DNA of 64,000 bases, taken from the NCBI GenBank assembly GCA_039183535.1, contig JBCDBO010000011.1:1404-65403 (forward strand), in the 5' to 3' direction. Below, piece by piece: positions 1 to 9,148 of the stretch. The stretch is from Pseudomonadota bacterium. GTDB taxonomy: Bacteria; Pseudomonadota; Gammaproteobacteria; Steroidobacterales; Woeseiaceae. Each line of letters begins with the position of its first letter. Within the stretch, counting starts at the first letter, position 1. Below the pieces are notes generated by a model. It was not told the origin of the DNA. It was given only the letters and a program-made list of their open reading frames with translations, and searched no databases. Made by a program: the position numbers and the translations under genes.

Positions 1-734
1 GTGTTGCGTCGCGCTCCGTCGACGCCGACACGACAGCGCCGTCCGGAGAAGGCTCGCAGTGGCGCTCGCTATTCAGCAATCGCGCGGCCGTTGGGTTAAT
101 GACCGCGTTTTTCAGTCAGCTCTGCGCGATGGGTATGGCCTACGCGACGCTGGCCTATTTGTTTACGTTCAATCTCGCTTTCGCGCAGCCGCTGGAGACG
201 ATCGGGGTCATGGTCTTGCTCATCAGTGTCATGGCCATAGGCATCCAGCCGCTGTGGGTTAGCACCGCGCGGCGCATTGGACGGCGGTACGTCTACATCA
301 TCGGCTTGCTCGGTTACACCGCCTCATTGCTGGTGATCGCGTTGGCGCCGGCGCAGAACGCGATGTGGATTTACGCCGGCGGGTTGATGATGGGGGTGTT
401 TCAGTCTGCCTGCTTCACGTCGGCTTTCTCGATGCTCGCCGACGTCATCGAGGATGATCGGCTAGCGCTCGGACGGTCACGAGCTGGTATGTTCTCAGCG
501 TTGTTTTCGATCATTGATAAGACCGGTTTCGCGCTAGGCGGCACGCTATTGGTTGGCTTACTCCTTGAGTCGAGCGGCTTTGTTGCTGGGCAAACCTCGC
601 AAAGCGCGGATGCGATGTTCGGAATTACGCTCGGCTTTGCGGTTGCACCTGCGCTTCTAAACGTGCTCTCGCTGGCGCTGATATGGTTCGTCTATCCGGC
701 CGAGCGGCAAACTCCGCAGCGTGTTGTCGCGTAA
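1..734 (+). CDS. MFS/GPH-type (MelB-like) transporter, C-terminal part; the 5' end lies upstream of the window
   Basis: The frame is open from base 3 to the TAA at 732-734. The product is a run of hydrophobic helices (e.g. GMFSALFSIIDKTGFALGGTLLVGLLLE), like the C-terminal half of glycoside-pentoside-hexuronide symporters. Family call is from motif memory only. Confidence 0.55.
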   Translation, partial: VASRSVDADTTAPSGEGSQWRSLFSNRAAVGLMTAFFSQLCAMGMAYATLAYLFTFNLAFAQPLETIGVMVLLISVMAIGIQPLWVSTARRIGRRYVYIIGLLGYTASLLVIALAPAQNAMWIYAGGLMMGVFQSACFTSAFSMLADVIEDDRLALGRSRAGMFSALFSIIDKTGFALGGTLLVGLLLESSGFVAGQTSQSADAMFGITLGFAVAPALLNVLSLALIWFVYPAERQTPQRVVA

Positions 735-859
735 GGTCGACACGCTGGTGCAAACCCAGCGAAATCCCCGATTTTCTCCAACAGCAGCGCGATAGCGCTT
801 TGACCGAGACTCATGGCCATCGCGGTAATCGGTACCGCGCCTCTGCCCAAGGAGTTTCA

Positions 860-1153
860 ATGATGCGTACATTTCTCGCCGCAGCGCTGCTAGCGGTGCT
901 TTTCGCGAGCGGTGCGGTGAATGCCGCTGAGGTCAATATCAATACCGCCAATTCAGCGGAGCTCGCTGAACGTCTGGTCGGTATTGGTGCCGCCAAAGCG
1001 GCTGCCATCGTCGATTATCGGCGCTCGAATGGCCCGTTTCGCTCGATCGACGATCTGGCCAAGGTTGATGGCATCGGCAAAGCCATCGTCGAGCAGAATC
1101 GCGCCAATATTCGACTCGGTAAGCCTGCGAAACCCACATCGACGAAACCGTAA
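860..1153 (+). CDS. comEA: ComEA-like periplasmic helix-hairpin-helix DNA-binding protein
   Basis: ATG at 860 follows AAGGAG (849-854). Signal peptide MMRTFLAAALLAVLFASGAVNA, then an HhH pair (INTANSAELAERLVGIGAAKAAAIVDYRRSNGPFRSIDDLAKVDGIGKAIVEQN). The ORF-track start at 683 adds a non-homologous Arg-rich leader and was not used. Confidence 0.8.
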   Translation: MMRTFLAAALLAVLFASGAVNAAEVNINTANSAELAERLVGIGAAKAAAIVDYRRSNGPFRSIDDLAKVDGIGKAIVEQNRANIRLGKPAKPTSTKP

Positions 1154-1251
1154 GCCCGACCTGAGCGGCGGTACCACCGTCGGTGCCGTCGCTCATTGCT
1201 GTCTTCGCCTGCGTCGGGTTGCTACCATTGCGACCAACCCGTCGTCGGAGT

Positions 1252-2124
1252 ATGACTATGCCGCAGCCGGTTAAGGCCGCCGTTTTCCCTGTTGCAGGTC
1301 GTGGCACGCGTTTCTTGCCGGCGACCAAAGCCAGCCCGAAAGAAATGCTGCCGATCGTCGATAAGCCGCTGATTCAGTATGCGGTCGAGGAAGCTGTTGC
1401 GGCAGGTGCGACGAATCTGGTTTTTATCACGCACGCGTCGAAACGCTCGATTGAAGATCATTTCGATATTGATCCGGAGCTGGAGCGTGCGCTCGACGAG
1501 GGCGGCAAGAGCGAACTGCTCGACATCGTGCGCTCCATAAAACCGACCGGCGTGTCTTGTACGTTCATCCGCCAAGGCGAGCCCCTGGGTCTTGGCCACG
1601 CCGTGCTCTGCGCTGAACCGGCGGTCGGCAATCAGCCATTCTTCGTTCACCTGCCGGACGACATGATTAAAGCCCAGACCCCGTGCCTGAAACAGATGGC
1701 GGATTTTTACGCGCAGCACGGTGGTGCTGCGCTAGCGGTACAGACGGTGCCGAAAGAAAAGACCGCGAGCTACGGGATCGTCTCGCTACACGCTGGCGAT
1801 ACCTTGCAGCGAATCAGTGGCATGGTGGAGAAGCCACAACCGGACGTCGCGCCGTCGAACTTGGCCGTCGTTGGCCGGTATTTGCTCGATGGCAGTATTT
1901 TCGATGTCCTAAAGACCATCGGGCGTGGCGCTGGCGGTGAGATTCAGCTCACCGATGCGATCGCCGCGCAGCTTACCGATGTACCTACTTACGCATTCCC
2001 GTTCGAGGGCAAGCGCTATGACTGTGGGAACAAACTCGGTTTCTTAGAGGCGACCGTTGAGTACGCGCTGGAGCACGCCGAGATCGGTGCGGGCTTCAAA
2101 GACTACTTAGCCTCGCTGCGCTAG
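1252..2124 (+). CDS. galU: UTP--glucose-1-phosphate uridylyltransferase
   Basis: Nucleotidyltransferase signature [37 protein letters not shown], with full-length GalU-like collinearity. Internal ATG at 1252 chosen over the ORF-track start at 1183. Confidence 0.9.
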   Translation: MTMPQPVKAAVFPVAGRGTRFLPATKASPKEMLPIVDKPLIQYAVEEAVAAGATNLVFITHASKRSIEDHFDIDPELERALDEGGKSELLDIVRSIKPTGVSCTFIRQGEPLGLGHAVLCAEPAVGNQPFFVHLPDDMIKAQTPCLKQMADFYAQHGGAALAVQTVPKEKTASYGIVSLHAGDTLQRISGMVEKPQPDVAPSNLAVVGRYLLDGSIFDVLKTIGRGAGGEIQLTDAIAAQLTDVPTYAFPFEGKRYDCGNKLGFLEATVEYALEHAEIGAGFKDYLASLR

Positions 2125-2127
2125 CGC

Positions 2128-2520
2128 TCAGTCAGCAAGAAAAGCCGCCAAGCCGGCGAAGTAGTGGTCCCAGCCAGCATCGTGCTGGCTAACAGAACCC
2201 TCGCTCTTAAAACCACTGTGCACAAGATCGATGACGGTCTGGTCACCCTTCGCCGTGAAGCGCACGTCGATCGTTGATGCCTCGCCATCGTTGTCCCATT
2301 CCCATGAGTACACCAGCCGTTGGTTCGGTTCCACGACTGAGAACGTACCGGCGTTGCGGGCTGAGAATTCCGGTGTCGTGGCATGCAGGATGTAATGACC
2401 GCCGACTCGGGCGTCAATGTCCATTCGCGTTGCTGGCGGGATGACCGTATCGCTCGATACCCATGCGGCGTAGACCTTGGCAACCGGATTGTCGATTGTG
2501 ATTGTCTTTTCGATATTCAT
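2128..2520 (-). CDS. SRPBCC superfamily protein (AHSA1/Aha1-like START fold)
   Basis: 130-aa product with the typical pattern (PVAKVYAAWVSSD ... RLVYSWEWD ... GWDHYFAGLAAFL). Convergent with galU, 3 nt apart. Confidence 0.7.
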   Translation of the reverse strand: MNIEKTITIDNPVAKVYAAWVSSDTVIPPATRMDIDARVGGHYILHATTPEFSARNAGTFSVVEPNQRLVYSWEWDNDGEASTIDVRFTAKGDQTVIDLVHSGFKSEGSVSQHDAGWDHYFAGLAAFLAD

Positions 2521-2601
2521 AGTGCGGATTTAGACTCGTGCGTGACCATTGTGTTCACCGGGCGATACGATTTGGTTCTCAACGATGATACGCGCTAGGC
2601 A

Positions 2602-3003
2602 ATGAGAACGAACACATTGAACGCCAGTGTGGGGTGCTCCCGATGCTGGTCTACAGACGCGGTATCCGCGTGGTCGCTGATCAAATCGGTCCCGATCGAG
2701 ACATACCTCATCGATGAGTCGCACTACATTGTCAGTCTCCGGCGTTGTAGTGCGTGCGGACAGGGGTATCTGCAGGTAACGACGGAGACGGTCGACTGGG
2801 ACAACGGCGACGACCCTATTTTTCGAACCATTGTTCCACTGAGCGAGATGGAACAGCGCCGTTTGCTGCGCGATCAGCCGCCCTCCGAGCTGGATTTGTT
2901 GCGCATCGGAGCGCAGCGACCGTCGTTATGGTACGACCACGCCAGCGGCGAAGAGGCGAGCGTGTATTGGGGGCGGGGGATGCGGGTCGGTCCGCACGAT
3001 TGA
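2602..3003 (+). CDS. Hypothetical protein with two CxxC pairs (possible zinc ribbon)
   Basis: 133-aa ORF containing CSRC and CSAC. No family recognised. Coding status rests only on ORF length and plausible composition. Confidence 0.4.
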   Translation: MRTNTLNASVGCSRCWSTDAVSAWSLIKSVPIETYLIDESHYIVSLRRCSACGQGYLQVTTETVDWDNGDDPIFRTIVPLSEMEQRRLLRDQPPSELDLLRIGAQRPSLWYDHASGEEASVYWGRGMRVGPHD

Positions 3004-3254
3004 CGGCCACACAGGCACTTACTAGCTTTCGCCACTACGGCTTTCCGCCAGTAATCGCTAATGTCGCGGCCAAAATAGAGTAGTCGTTAGCCTAATTAGG
3101 GCGGACCGGCGGTGCGCCGGCTGGACGTATTCTTGCATTCGCCAACCGCCTCTCGCTTGCGAATACCGAGTGCGGCCGCTAATCATTGCCACGATACGCT
3201 GCCATGATCGTTCGCTGTCAGACCTTACGTTTTCGTGTGGGCGTCGGGAGATTG

Positions 3255-5720
3255 TCAGTCGGTAAAGGCATCTGCGGCGTCGCGAATTCTTGTCGCTTCC
3301 GCAAGTCGCCAAGGTTGTACGTTTACCTCTTCCCGCCGAATTTTCGAACCGGCGGCAGCCAACGCCCTTGCGACCTCAGCATTGCCAGCGGCGAGTTCTG
3401 CCTCGGCGCGCCAGAGCGTGACGTCAGACGCCCATTGATTGCCGGGCGATGTCCACTGCGGTCCTGACTGAATGAGCGTGTAGGCTTCCCGCAGATTATC
3501 GGTGGCCTCGTCGATCATTCCTGTTTCCAATAGGGCTTTGCCGAGTATCGATTGAACTCGCCCGGCCGCTGGCGTCTGTTCGCCAACCGTCGCTTGCATT
3601 CGGCGAAGTATGTCGGGTAGGGCGCGCAGCGCTTGCTCGCTATTGCCCAAGTAAACATTGGCGCGGGCGAGATTGATTTCCAATGCAAGTCGAGTAAACG
3701 AGTCGTTGGGCAATGCGCCTTCAGCAATCTTAGTGGCCTCGAGCAGCGCCGATTTTGCCGTGTCGAACTGTCCAAGAGCGATGTAAGCGGCGGCCACGTT
3801 AAGCTGCGCGGACACCAGGCCCACATAGTCGTCACCGAAGCGTTGCTTCGTCCGCTCGATACATTTGGTGTATGTCGCAATCGCATCATGGAGGCGCCCA
3901 AGTCCGTCATAGGAGTAACCGAGGTTGCAAAGTACGGTGATAGCGCTCGTGCGCAGGGTGTAGCCGTTCTCTTCAGCGATCTGCAGTGCTTCTTCTTTAA
4001 GTCTCGCGCCGCGCTCGAAATCGCGATTAGCTTCGTGGACGGAGGCGAGGTTGGACAGGTGAACGTATTTCAAATAGACATCGTTCGGCGCCAGTGCCGC
4101 TAGTATTTCGCCCTTTCGTTCCAGGTTGTCGATGCTAATCTGTATTTGTTCTTTGGTTTGGCCCCCAGTCGGGTATAGCAGTGGCGTGGATCCCAGTACA
4201 TCTGCGAAAGCCAGCGTATCGTCCATACCGAGCGCCTGGTATTCCGCAATAGCCCGTTGCATAACCTCGCGGGCGCGGTCGTAGTCGCCAATCGATGTGT
4301 ACATAGGGCCAATGTCGCCGAGGGCCAATGCACGTTTTTCGTGTGGCATTGGCTTCGTCGTGTCATGGTAGTCCAGGACTCGCTCCGCGAACATAAGCGC
4401 CTTTTCGGAATCCCCCAGGCCCTGGTAGCCCGACGCAATCAACGCCATGATGTCGTGACGTATCTCGTGCGAGGTCTGGAGTTCGCGGTCTATCCGTAGC
4501 GCGGCTTCATCCATGACGTCGCGAAGCGTGATGTCGACGTTACCGGCGACCTCTGGATCAACGCGATCAAAAAGACTACGGACGAAAGTTGCTGTTTCGT
4601 TGGCACGTCGTGCTTCAACGGTAGCCTGTGAATACTGCCACCAAGTGGCTGCGAGACCGGTACTGAGACTCGCAACAACGGCGGCAATCGCCGTTACGAC
4701 GAGCCGGTTCCGACCAAGGAACTTGCGAAATACGTAGCGCGTTTCGTTGCGGCGTGAGCTGATTGGATAGCCGTCGAGATAGGCGGCTATCTCTAGCCGT
4801 AGTGCATCGACAGACGCGAATCGATCCGTGGCCGATGCGGCCGTGCATTGCTCGATGACTAAACTCAGATCGTGCGATACAACGGCGTTGCCGCCGCTCA
4901 GCAGTGTGCGCAACAGACAACCGAGCGCGTAGATGTCGCTGGCTACCGAATGCGGCTGGCCGCTCTTTAACTCTGGGGCAGCGTAGCCGGCAGAAAATCC
5001 CGTCGGGTGGCCGTCGTAGGATTTTCCCGTCCATTTGCCCACACCAAAATCTAATAGGCGGGCTCGATCATCGGCGACCAGAATGTTCGCTGGTTTGACG
5101 TCACCGTGAACAACAAACGACTGATGGCAATACGAGACCGCATCACAGACTTGTAGAAAAACGGCCAGGCGGCGAGCTTCGGAAAGCGGCGCGCAATAGA
5201 TATCAATTGGCTCGCCAGCAACATACTCCATAACGAAGTACGGCATGTCATCGCCGGTGACCCCGGCATCGATAATCCTCGCAATGTTTGGGTGCTCCAG
5301 TCGCGCTAAGTTCGACCGTTCGTCGAGAAAGAGTTGGCGCTGTTTCTCGGTGTGTTGAAACCGTGGCAGAAACTTTACGGCGACCGTTTGCTCATAAACG
5401 CCGTCGCAGCGTTCCGCCTTAAATACAATCCCCATACCGCCCCGATCGACTAGGGCCGTGATCTTGAATGGCCCAACCTCTGAGCCGACTCGGTCGAGGT
5501 CTTCTTTCAAGAGCATTTCGCTGAATAGAGACGGTGCGGTCTGGTCGATGCTGTACGGTGCCGACTGGTCATCCAGCGCGAGGTTGAGGAGTCGTTCGAG
5601 TCGCTGTGCGGCCTCAGGATGATCGCTTGCAACAGTCTGCAACATAGTGGCACGAGCGCTTGGCGATGCTGCGAGCAAGTCGTCCAGCGCCTTCTCGAAA
5701 TTGAAGTTGCTAGGCGGCAA
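3255..5720 (-). CDS. Membrane Ser/Thr protein kinase (Hanks type) with a C-terminal TPR-repeat region
   Basis: Kinase motifs: DRGGMGIVF (G-loop), VAVKFL, HGDVKPANIL, DFG, YAAPE. One TM helix (LVVTAIAAVVASLSTGLAATWW), then about 430 aa of TPR-like repeats. TTG start at 5720 behind AAGGA. Lies 70 nt downstream of the sigma gene on the same strand. Confidence 0.9.
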   Translation of the reverse strand: MPPSNFNFEKALDDLLAASPSARATMLQTVASDHPEAAQRLERLLNLALDDQSAPYSIDQTAPSLFSEMLLKEDLDRVGSEVGPFKITALVDRGGMGIVFKAERCDGVYEQTVAVKFLPRFQHTEKQRQLFLDERSNLARLEHPNIARIIDAGVTGDDMPYFVMEYVAGEPIDIYCAPLSEARRLAVFLQVCDAVSYCHQSFVVHGDVKPANILVADDRARLLDFGVGKWTGKSYDGHPTGFSAGYAAPELKSGQPHSVASDIYALGCLLRTLLSGGNAVVSHDLSLVIEQCTAASATDRFASVDALRLEIAAYLDGYPISSRRNETRYVFRKFLGRNRLVVTAIAAVVASLSTGLAATWWQYSQATVEARRANETATFVRSLFDRVDPEVAGNVDITLRDVMDEAALRIDRELQTSHEIRHDIMALIASGYQGLGDSEKALMFAERVLDYHDTTKPMPHEKRALALGDIGPMYTSIGDYDRAREVMQRAIAEYQALGMDDTLAFADVLGSTPLLYPTGGQTKEQIQISIDNLERKGEILAALAPNDVYLKYVHLSNLASVHEANRDFERGARLKEEALQIAEENGYTLRTSAITVLCNLGYSYDGLGRLHDAIATYTKCIERTKQRFGDDYVGLVSAQLNVAAAYIALGQFDTAKSALLEATKIAEGALPNDSFTRLALEINLARANVYLGNSEQALRALPDILRRMQATVGEQTPAAGRVQSILGKALLETGMIDEATDNLREAYTLIQSGPQWTSPGNQWASDVTLWRAEAELAAGNAEVARALAAAGSKIRREEVNVQPWRLAEATRIRDAADAFTD

Positions 5721-5790
5721 TTCTGGTCCTTTGGTGCGCGATAGAAGCCTTCTTGGTCATACGATAAATGACGTTGAAGACCGCCAATGC

Positions 5791-6351
5791 TTAATCGCTC
5801 GTCAAGTAGTCACCGACGAAGGCGCGGGCTTTCATCCAATTGCGCTGCGCGGAACGTATTGAGGTTCCGGTGGCTGCAGCGAGCTCCGCATCGGTGAGGC
5901 CGGTAAAGAACTTGAGCTCGAAGACGTCGGCGAGACTTTGGCTATGTGCAGCGAGTTTATCAATGGCTTCATTAATGAGCAGAACTTGCTCAGCTTCTGA
6001 CGCTACAGCGGCGTCGCTTTCTTCTAATTCGACGTGAGCCATATCCCCGCCGCGTTTGTCGGCGTTCCGCGTGCGGGCATAGTCTACGATGATCTGGCGC
6101 ATCGCTCGTGACGCGATGTTCAGCAAATGCGCACTGTTTTCGGCGGCGCCAAGCGATCGGCGCATTTTCAAATACGCTTCGTTGACGACCGCCGTGGTCT
6201 GCAGGGTTGGATTACCGCCAATGTTCTTGCGAATGCGATGGGCGACCCGTCGTAACTCCGAGTACAGCAGCTCCATCGCATGATCGTACGCAGCGTCATC
6301 GCCTTCCCGGTGCGCTTCAACAAGCTGCGTAATTCCGTCCACCTCTGTCAA
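5791..6351 (-). CDS. ECF-type RNA polymerase sigma factor of the kinase-associated kind (PF07638/TIGR02999-like)
   Basis: Sigma region 2 (LQTTAVVNEAYLKM ... IIVDYARTRNADKRGG) and region 4 HTH (TGLTDAELAAATGTSIRSAQRNW). TTG start behind GGAGGA. No anti-sigma gene adjacent; the next gene is a kinase instead. Confidence 0.85.
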   Translation of the reverse strand: MTEVDGITQLVEAHREGDDAAYDHAMELLYSELRRVAHRIRKNIGGNPTLQTTAVVNEAYLKMRRSLGAAENSAHLLNIASRAMRQIIVDYARTRNADKRGGDMAHVELEESDAAVASEAEQVLLINEAIDKLAAHSQSLADVFELKFFTGLTDAELAAATGTSIRSAQRNWMKARAFVGDYLTSD

Positions 6352-6439
6352 CCAGAGTCCTCCCAGAGCGATTCGACCCTAGTGAAGCGCAAGGAAAAAC
6401 CCGCCGCAAGCGTTTTTCTTGCAAAAAAATTGGCGGACT

Positions 6440-6470
6440 TGTGAGCTGCGCTACGTATCTCTAAGTGACG
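6440..6470 (+). promoter_or_regulatory. Candidate ECF-type promoter for the divergent exported-protein operon (speculative)
   Basis: TGTGAGC-N19-TGACG lies 46 nt upstream of the ATG at 6516. The same 31-nt frame, TGTCAAC-N19-TGACG, occurs at 17247-17277 upstream of the gene facing the second sigma factor. Confidence 0.2.
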
Positions 6471-6515
6471 TCCCGGTTTGGGATGCTCGACGGGGTAAAA
6501 AGGAGGAACGGTGCT

Positions 6516-7223
6516 ATGTCTAGGTTGTCGCTATTGGCACGCGGGTGGGTTGCTGGTGGGGCTGTGCTTGCGCTCTTTGTCGTTGCTGCACATGCCCAAC
6601 AAACCATCGACGCAGAGATTGAGCAGGCGATCGCTGCGATGCGTGCAGCGGGGCAGTCGGAGCAGCAGATAGCGGATTTTGTTAAGGCCATGGACCAAGT
6701 GCGCGCGATGAGCGTACCGCCTCCACAGGCTACCGGTCGTCAGGCGAATGACATTCAGGCCGCGACGGGAATGACGGACGAGGAAATGGCGCTCGTGGGT
6801 CCGATGGCCAACGCGATTAAGGCGCGTCAGGACCAGCAAATCGGCGAGATGCTGCAACGTGATATCGACGCGTTCGAGAAACGGTACGCCCACAAGCCGG
6901 AGATTGCCGTTACGTTCGATGGTAACGACATCACGATGAAGCGCATCGATTGCCAAGGCGGAGACGCGTTCAACGTCTCGGCGCAAGCGGCTCCCACCGT
7001 TCATCACCAGGCGGGAATGATGATCAGCGCGCACCGCGGCTGGAGTGTTTCACAGAACAAATGGCTCGCCATGATTGGTGTCCAACAAGGCGGCAACAAC
7101 TATCGCGCCGACCTGCCAGTTAGTGCGATTAGCGAGACACGCGTTCATTTTGACGGTGTAGTCACGTCGAGTCGCGGTGATAGCAAACGCTTAGTGTTTA
7201 CCGCATCGTGTGAGCCGTCATGA
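6516..7223 (+). CDS. Exported protein, paralogue 1 of a two-cysteine C-terminal-Cys domain family, with an N-terminal helical extension
   Basis: ATG at 6516 behind AAAGGAGG. Signal peptide MSRLSLLARGWVAGGAVLALFVVAAHA. C-terminal about 110 aa share VTFDG...RIDCQGG...LVFTASCEPS with the next four genes. Confidence 0.75.
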   Translation: MSRLSLLARGWVAGGAVLALFVVAAHAQQTIDAEIEQAIAAMRAAGQSEQQIADFVKAMDQVRAMSVPPPQATGRQANDIQAATGMTDEEMALVGPMANAIKARQDQQIGEMLQRDIDAFEKRYAHKPEIAVTFDGNDITMKRIDCQGGDAFNVSAQAAPTVHHQAGMMISAHRGWSVSQNKWLAMIGVQQGGNNYRADLPVSAISETRVHFDGVVTSSRGDSKRLVFTASCEPS

Positions 7224-7675
7224 GACGGGTCACTCCAACTGTAATCGCGATGTTTGCACTAGTAATCACCGCCTGCGGATCTGGCTCATCCGACTCGCTC
7301 AGCGGAACGAACGGCAAGCGAGACGCCAGTAAGGGTTCGGGCAAAGGCACTGCGACGTTAGACGGCGTCAGCGAGACGTTGGAAACGTGGCCGGTCATGT
7401 GCGGGCTTACCCGCGACGGCAACAGCTTCGTTATGCGCGGCGGCTCACCGGACGGCGACGACAACCCAAGAAACAACGTTCTCAACTTATCAATCGGCGG
7501 CGAGAAACAACCCCGGCCTCTCGTTAGCATCGTCTACAACCCGCCGGGCGACGATACGCGTGAAGAGTCCGTCACGCTGACCGGCGATGACGCCGTATGG
7601 ATCGATGGACTCCGTTTCACATGGACGGGGCAGACGCGCAGCGGCAAGACGCTGGAAGTGGACATCGAATGCTAG
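7220..7675 (+). CDS. Lipoprotein, paralogue 2 of the two-cysteine family
   Basis: ATGA overlap with the previous gene. Lipobox LVITAC. Motifs ATLDG...WPVMCGLT...TLEVDIEC at the very C-terminus. Confidence 0.75.
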   Translation: MRRVTPTVIAMFALVITACGSGSSDSLSGTNGKRDASKGSGKGTATLDGVSETLETWPVMCGLTRDGNSFVMRGGSPDGDDNPRNNVLNLSIGGEKQPRPLVSIVYNPPGDDTREESVTLTGDDAVWIDGLRFTWTGQTRSGKTLEVDIEC

Positions 7676-8124
7676 GTAAACGACTAACGCTTGCAACTTT
7701 GCTGGGCCTAACACTGTCTGGCGCATTCACCGCGTGTACGAAGGGGCAGTCAGCAGCGAAGCGTGAGGCCGTTATTCGGGTCGACTATTTAGACACAACG
7801 TTCAATTTCACGATGAATGAAAACGCGGACTGCGGCACGCTTGACGATGGTCTGCCGTACGTCGAAGCGAAATGGCTCCAAGAACCGTCTTTCGAAAAGG
7901 AGCCGCCGTTTTTCATTCAGGGGCGTGGCGGTTGGACAGGCAACACTTATGAAGAACCGCACACATGGATCTTCGGTGTCTACGCGACCGGCAACCGTAC
8001 GCAGGAACTAGGCTTTGCGATCTACGGGGAAGAGCTCCCTGGGTTCGGTGCAGACAACGTTTTTCGCTGGTCAGGTGTGACACCGCTTGGTCAAGAAATG
8101 ACTGTGGAGGTGATCTGCCCATGA
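7669..8124 (+). CDS. Lipoprotein, paralogue 3 of the two-cysteine family
   Basis: ATG at 7669 overlaps the previous stop by 7 nt. Lipobox GAFTAC. Motifs NADCGTLD ... MTVEVICP at the C-terminus. The ORF-track start at 7597 lies inside the upstream gene. Confidence 0.75.
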   Translation: MLGKRLTLATLLGLTLSGAFTACTKGQSAAKREAVIRVDYLDTTFNFTMNENADCGTLDDGLPYVEAKWLQEPSFEKEPPFFIQGRGGWTGNTYEEPHTWIFGVYATGNRTQELGFAIYGEELPGFGADNVFRWSGVTPLGQEMTVEVICP

Positions 8125-8579
8125 TGTTCTTTGTAAGGAATCGATGTTGTGCGGTCTGGGTGGCATCTACGTGTTTGCTATGCGCTTGTGGTAGCGACAT
8201 GGTCTCACCATCAAACGCAGCGCAAACCAACGTAGCGGCCACCGTCGAGTTCTCGCTGCATAATCAATCGGTGTCACTGCCGGTATTGATTTCCTGCACC
8301 GACGGCGTTTATGGCGTTGGTCTGCGTGCACAGGCGACGCCGGGAAAAGACGCAACGGTTGATGTTCTGCGATGGACGGGGTCCCCACCCGACGAGGAAG
8401 GTTTAAAAGCGGTTATCAGCTACGACGTGGCGGGCGGACGCTATCTCGCGAGTGACGATGTCAGTCGCGACGGCGAGTGGCTGTCCTGGTCGGGCGAATT
8501 CACATTTCTGAAGAAGACGGATACCGGGTCCCGTAAAGCAGGCAAGGTGCCGGCTTCAGTGCGTTTCAAGTGTTCGTAA
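8121..8579 (+). CDS. Lipoprotein, paralogue 4 of the two-cysteine family
   Basis: ATGA overlap with the previous gene; GGAGG 10 nt upstream. Lipobox LLCAC. Motifs VLISCTDG ... SVRFKCS at the C-terminus. Confidence 0.75.
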   Translation: MMFFVRNRCCAVWVASTCLLCACGSDMVSPSNAAQTNVAATVEFSLHNQSVSLPVLISCTDGVYGVGLRAQATPGKDATVDVLRWTGSPPDEEGLKAVISYDVAGGRYLASDDVSRDGEWLSWSGEFTFLKKTDTGSRKAGKVPASVRFKCS

Positions 8580-8646
8580 AACACACACACGTTAGCGACG
8601 AGTGCGTACTCACACTTACTGGCTATGACTCAGTGCCGAGATTGAA

Positions 8647-9129
8647 ATGCGACGCGGATTAATCGTCGTTGGTGTATTGCTGGTTATAGCTCTCGCGGTG
8701 TTTGGCTTTCGAACCTACAGACCCGCGGAATCCGCTAGGGAACTTCACGGTGCCGAGAGTACGACTGGCGCGTTGTCGCGAGAGATGGCTACTGTTTCGA
8801 ATGAATCATCGAACACCGTCACGTTCGACGGGCAAGTTTATGCGCTTAGCGTCTTGGAACCGTGTGGAATCGGTTCGGACGGACAGCTACACCTTGTCGC
8901 TGTAACCGTGAACGATTATGGGTCAGTGCAGCCAGGCGGCCCGCAGTTTTCAGTTCAAAGTGGGCCGTGGGAAACCACTGCATACTTTTTTGCCGGCTCA
9001 GGAGAGGTTCGCGCACTTTCTCAGCGCGGTAACAAACGAATGACACTTGACGCGGGTCGCCTGCGCATTGACGGCCGAACCGATGGTGTTGACGCCGGCG
9101 CCATGAGTGTCGACCTAGCTTGCCCGTAG
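8647..9129 (+). CDS. Membrane-anchored paralogue 5 of the two-cysteine family
   Basis: N-terminal TM anchor (LIVVGVLLVIALAVFGF). Motifs VTFDGQVYALSVLEPCGIGS ... MSVDLACP at the C-terminus. Confidence 0.7.
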   Translation: MRRGLIVVGVLLVIALAVFGFRTYRPAESARELHGAESTTGALSREMATVSNESSNTVTFDGQVYALSVLEPCGIGSDGQLHLVAVTVNDYGSVQPGGPQFSVQSGPWETTAYFFAGSGEVRALSQRGNKRMTLDAGRLRIDGRTDGVDAGAMSVDLACP

Positions 9130-9148
9130 AGCCAACCGCGGAGTAACT

